Source: Octopus sinensis (lineage: Eukaryota). From it: 64,000 nt of DNA. Location: assembly GCF_006345805.1 (NCBI RefSeq), contig NC_043014.1:39556001-39620000 (forward strand), read 5' to 3'. Position 1 is the stretch's first letter, and every line of letters starts with the position of its first letter. The notes under the pieces are model-generated. The model saw only the letters and a list, made by a program, of their open reading frames with translations. It had not been told where the DNA came from and searched no databases. The position numbers and the translations under genes were made by a program. This document shows, in pieces, positions 61,842 to 64,000 of the stretch.

Positions 61842-62396
61842 TATTATATATATTATATATATATATATATTATATATATATATATACGACGGGCTTCTTT
61901 CAGTTTCCGTCTACCAAATCCACTCACAAGGCTTTGGTCGGCCCGAGGTTATAGTAGAAGACACTTGCTCAAGGTGCCACGCAGTGGGACTGAACCCGGA
62001 ACCATGTGGTTGGTAAACAAGCTAAGAGTTGATCTTGCTCCAACAGTATCAACTCTTTGTTAGATATACTTTCTCTATGGATCACTAGTAACTAAACTAC
62101 ATTTTCTTCTGCGACCTTCAATGATTATTACACAAAACTATAACAACACATCAAATATGAAATCAATTCGAACAAAGACTGAAGAAGTTGAAAAGTGGCA
62201 GCGAAATAAAAATAAAAAAAAAGATCCAAGAAAACTCTTCTAACGGACTCGACTATCAGACTACTTAGTAATCCAATACAGAGACGTGTAATGCAGAGTG
62301 TCCACGCAGCTGAAAACCAGAAGATCCAGTCGCTGAAATTACTTAATGAGGAATATACAAACCATAATTAGTCGCGAGGTATGAGAGATGACTGCA

Positions 62397-62813
62397 GGAT
62401 TTTTTCGGTTTGAACGGCAGTTTTTTAAAATAATTTCCACGCAACTAAACACTTTTAAACTTCGTATCCTGGTAGAATATGTTTATAAAACATCTTTTTC
62501 TCTTGGCTTTATTGAGAAAATTCTATAGTTTGTAAGATATTTGTTGTTGTTTTTTTAAATTTCTGCAATTTCAGCCAATCAATGACGTCTATTGAGGTAA
62601 AAAAAAACATTCTGTGCCGTATGAATATGTCCCTCGTTTAAGAAAAACAGATGGGTTTATTTTACATTTCTGAAGAAAAAAGATACCCTTCCCCCCCACC
62701 CCTAACCCTAAAACAGATTGAAATGCAATAGTTCAATACTAGGGTCATAATTATGGGTGACAATTTCATATGACACCGCTATAAAAAAACTGCCGTTCAA
62801 ACCGAAAAGATCC
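62397..62813. mobile_element. Merlin-like MITE with CCCTAA repeats
   Basis: TIRs GGATTTTTTCGGTTTGAACGGCAGTTTTTT / AAAAAACTGCCGTTCAAACCGAAAAGATCC; 7-bp flanking repeat GACTGCA; interior related to the 47-kb MITEs. Confidence 0.8.
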
Positions 62814-63878
62814 GACTGCATTAATAGGCATGCTAGGCATTGCACAATTCAATTGTATATTCATGAATCAATGGAAATAAAGTAAGCTCATCATATAACC
62901 AAGAGAGTTGAATCGCTGGTAACTATCATGTTCTGGTCATCTGATGAGCTTTCTTTCTTTATTTGTTTTGATTTGTTAATATATCAATACAATTGTATTG
63001 TATAATGCGTATCTTACATATTAATCATATCAATGCAAATATACAAGCATGATTTATTCCACACTAGTGTCACAATATCTTTCCGAATTTGATGTAAACT
63101 TTCTACTTGTGGAAAACTTGTAAAGTCACGAAAGTTCTTCACAGATAGTATACCTTAAAGTTAGCTATCGCACTTTAGGGTTTGCAACGTCTGCAGTGAG
63201 AACCAATGGATGACAACGGAGAGAAAATGAAACCAAGTACCCAAAAAGTTACTTCGTTCACTGCCCGAAAGCTGTTTTGTCAGTGATCGAACGTAATGGG
63301 ACGGCAATTGGTTGAGGATCAGACCCGACGCATTGTTCCGATAAGCACGATGGTAATTTTCTTAAAAAGCCGAAACTTTGTAATGATGATTTGTTAAAAG
63401 CAAATATGTATTTAGAAGGTGCTTCTTTCAGTCTGTTAGCTTTCTAGGATTGGAAGTCGTTGAATAGCTATGTACAAAAAGATTTTCCTTTAATGTCGTC
63501 TGCGTATGAGCTGTGTGCGTTTTGCGGAGGTGTGAAAAGGTCGCGTAGCTTTGACACACAAAAAAAAACAATGACGAACGGGTGGATCCTTACAATAACA
63601 CGATTCAGTAATTTACATATTGCAATATATAATATGTTTCACAGTCTGAAAGCTAATTCACGAGCCAGAGTTTTGGGTCTTTTTCAAAGAGGTGTCAAGT
63701 TTTAACTTTTATTCAAGTATAATGTAGCGCGGTTGACGAATGTTATGTATCTGCTTATCAATAAACTTGTTGGGGCAGTTATTTTCCCGGCGGCTAGGAA
63801 ACATCATTTAGACCAATCGAAGAGCTGCATCTCACATGCCGCTAAGCAGAGATACATGCATCTCTCTCTCACTTCCTT

Positions 63879-63889
<11 letters not shown>

Positions 63890-63911
<22 letters not shown>

Positions 63912-63927
63912 ATATATATATATATAG

Positions 63928-63982
<55 letters not shown>

Positions 63983-64000
63983 TCATAATATATATATATA
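63890..64000. repeat. (TA)n microsatellite running off the window end
   Basis: Directly visible. Confidence 0.95.

Noticed and set aside
62941-62947. CTGATGA as a hammerhead core (also minus strand 9710-9716)
   Set aside because: No stem II, GAAA or stem III follows.

Overview
Repeat-dense, AT-rich eukaryotic DNA, most likely an octopus or other cephalopod. That assignment comes from my recall of the SINE families and the very high microsatellite load, not from a search. No intact host gene is supportable, and most listed ORFs are read through microsatellites or SINEs. Coding remnants all belong to transposons: a near-complete but frameshifted Tx1/L1-clade ORF2 (13.7-17.1 kb), a second Tx1 3' fragment with a structured 3' UTR (50.7-52.0 kb), a probable fossil Tx1 (38.5-41.4 kb), RTE, Dong/R4, HERO and Penelope fragments, and three mariner lineages, one of them full length. 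Non-autonomous elements include several SINE families (my labels A, B, B2, C, D/E), piggyBac-, pogo-, hAT- and Merlin-like MITEs and a Helitron. Three observations stand out. (1) SINE-B has a 3' tail resembling the Tx1 3' end, often lands at (A)GGTA(T/A), carries that motif internally, and forms head-[unit]n arrays with the same junction at five loci, suggesting a Tx1-driven, self-targeting SINE. (2) Short elements embedded in (TA)n carry minimal type I hammerhead ribozyme motifs and repeatedly form fold-back palindromes; in one case the fold-back hinge is the ribozyme's own stem III. (3) A hammerhead-like motif lies inside a Tx1 3' UTR. All mechanisms are inferences and need the checks listed.
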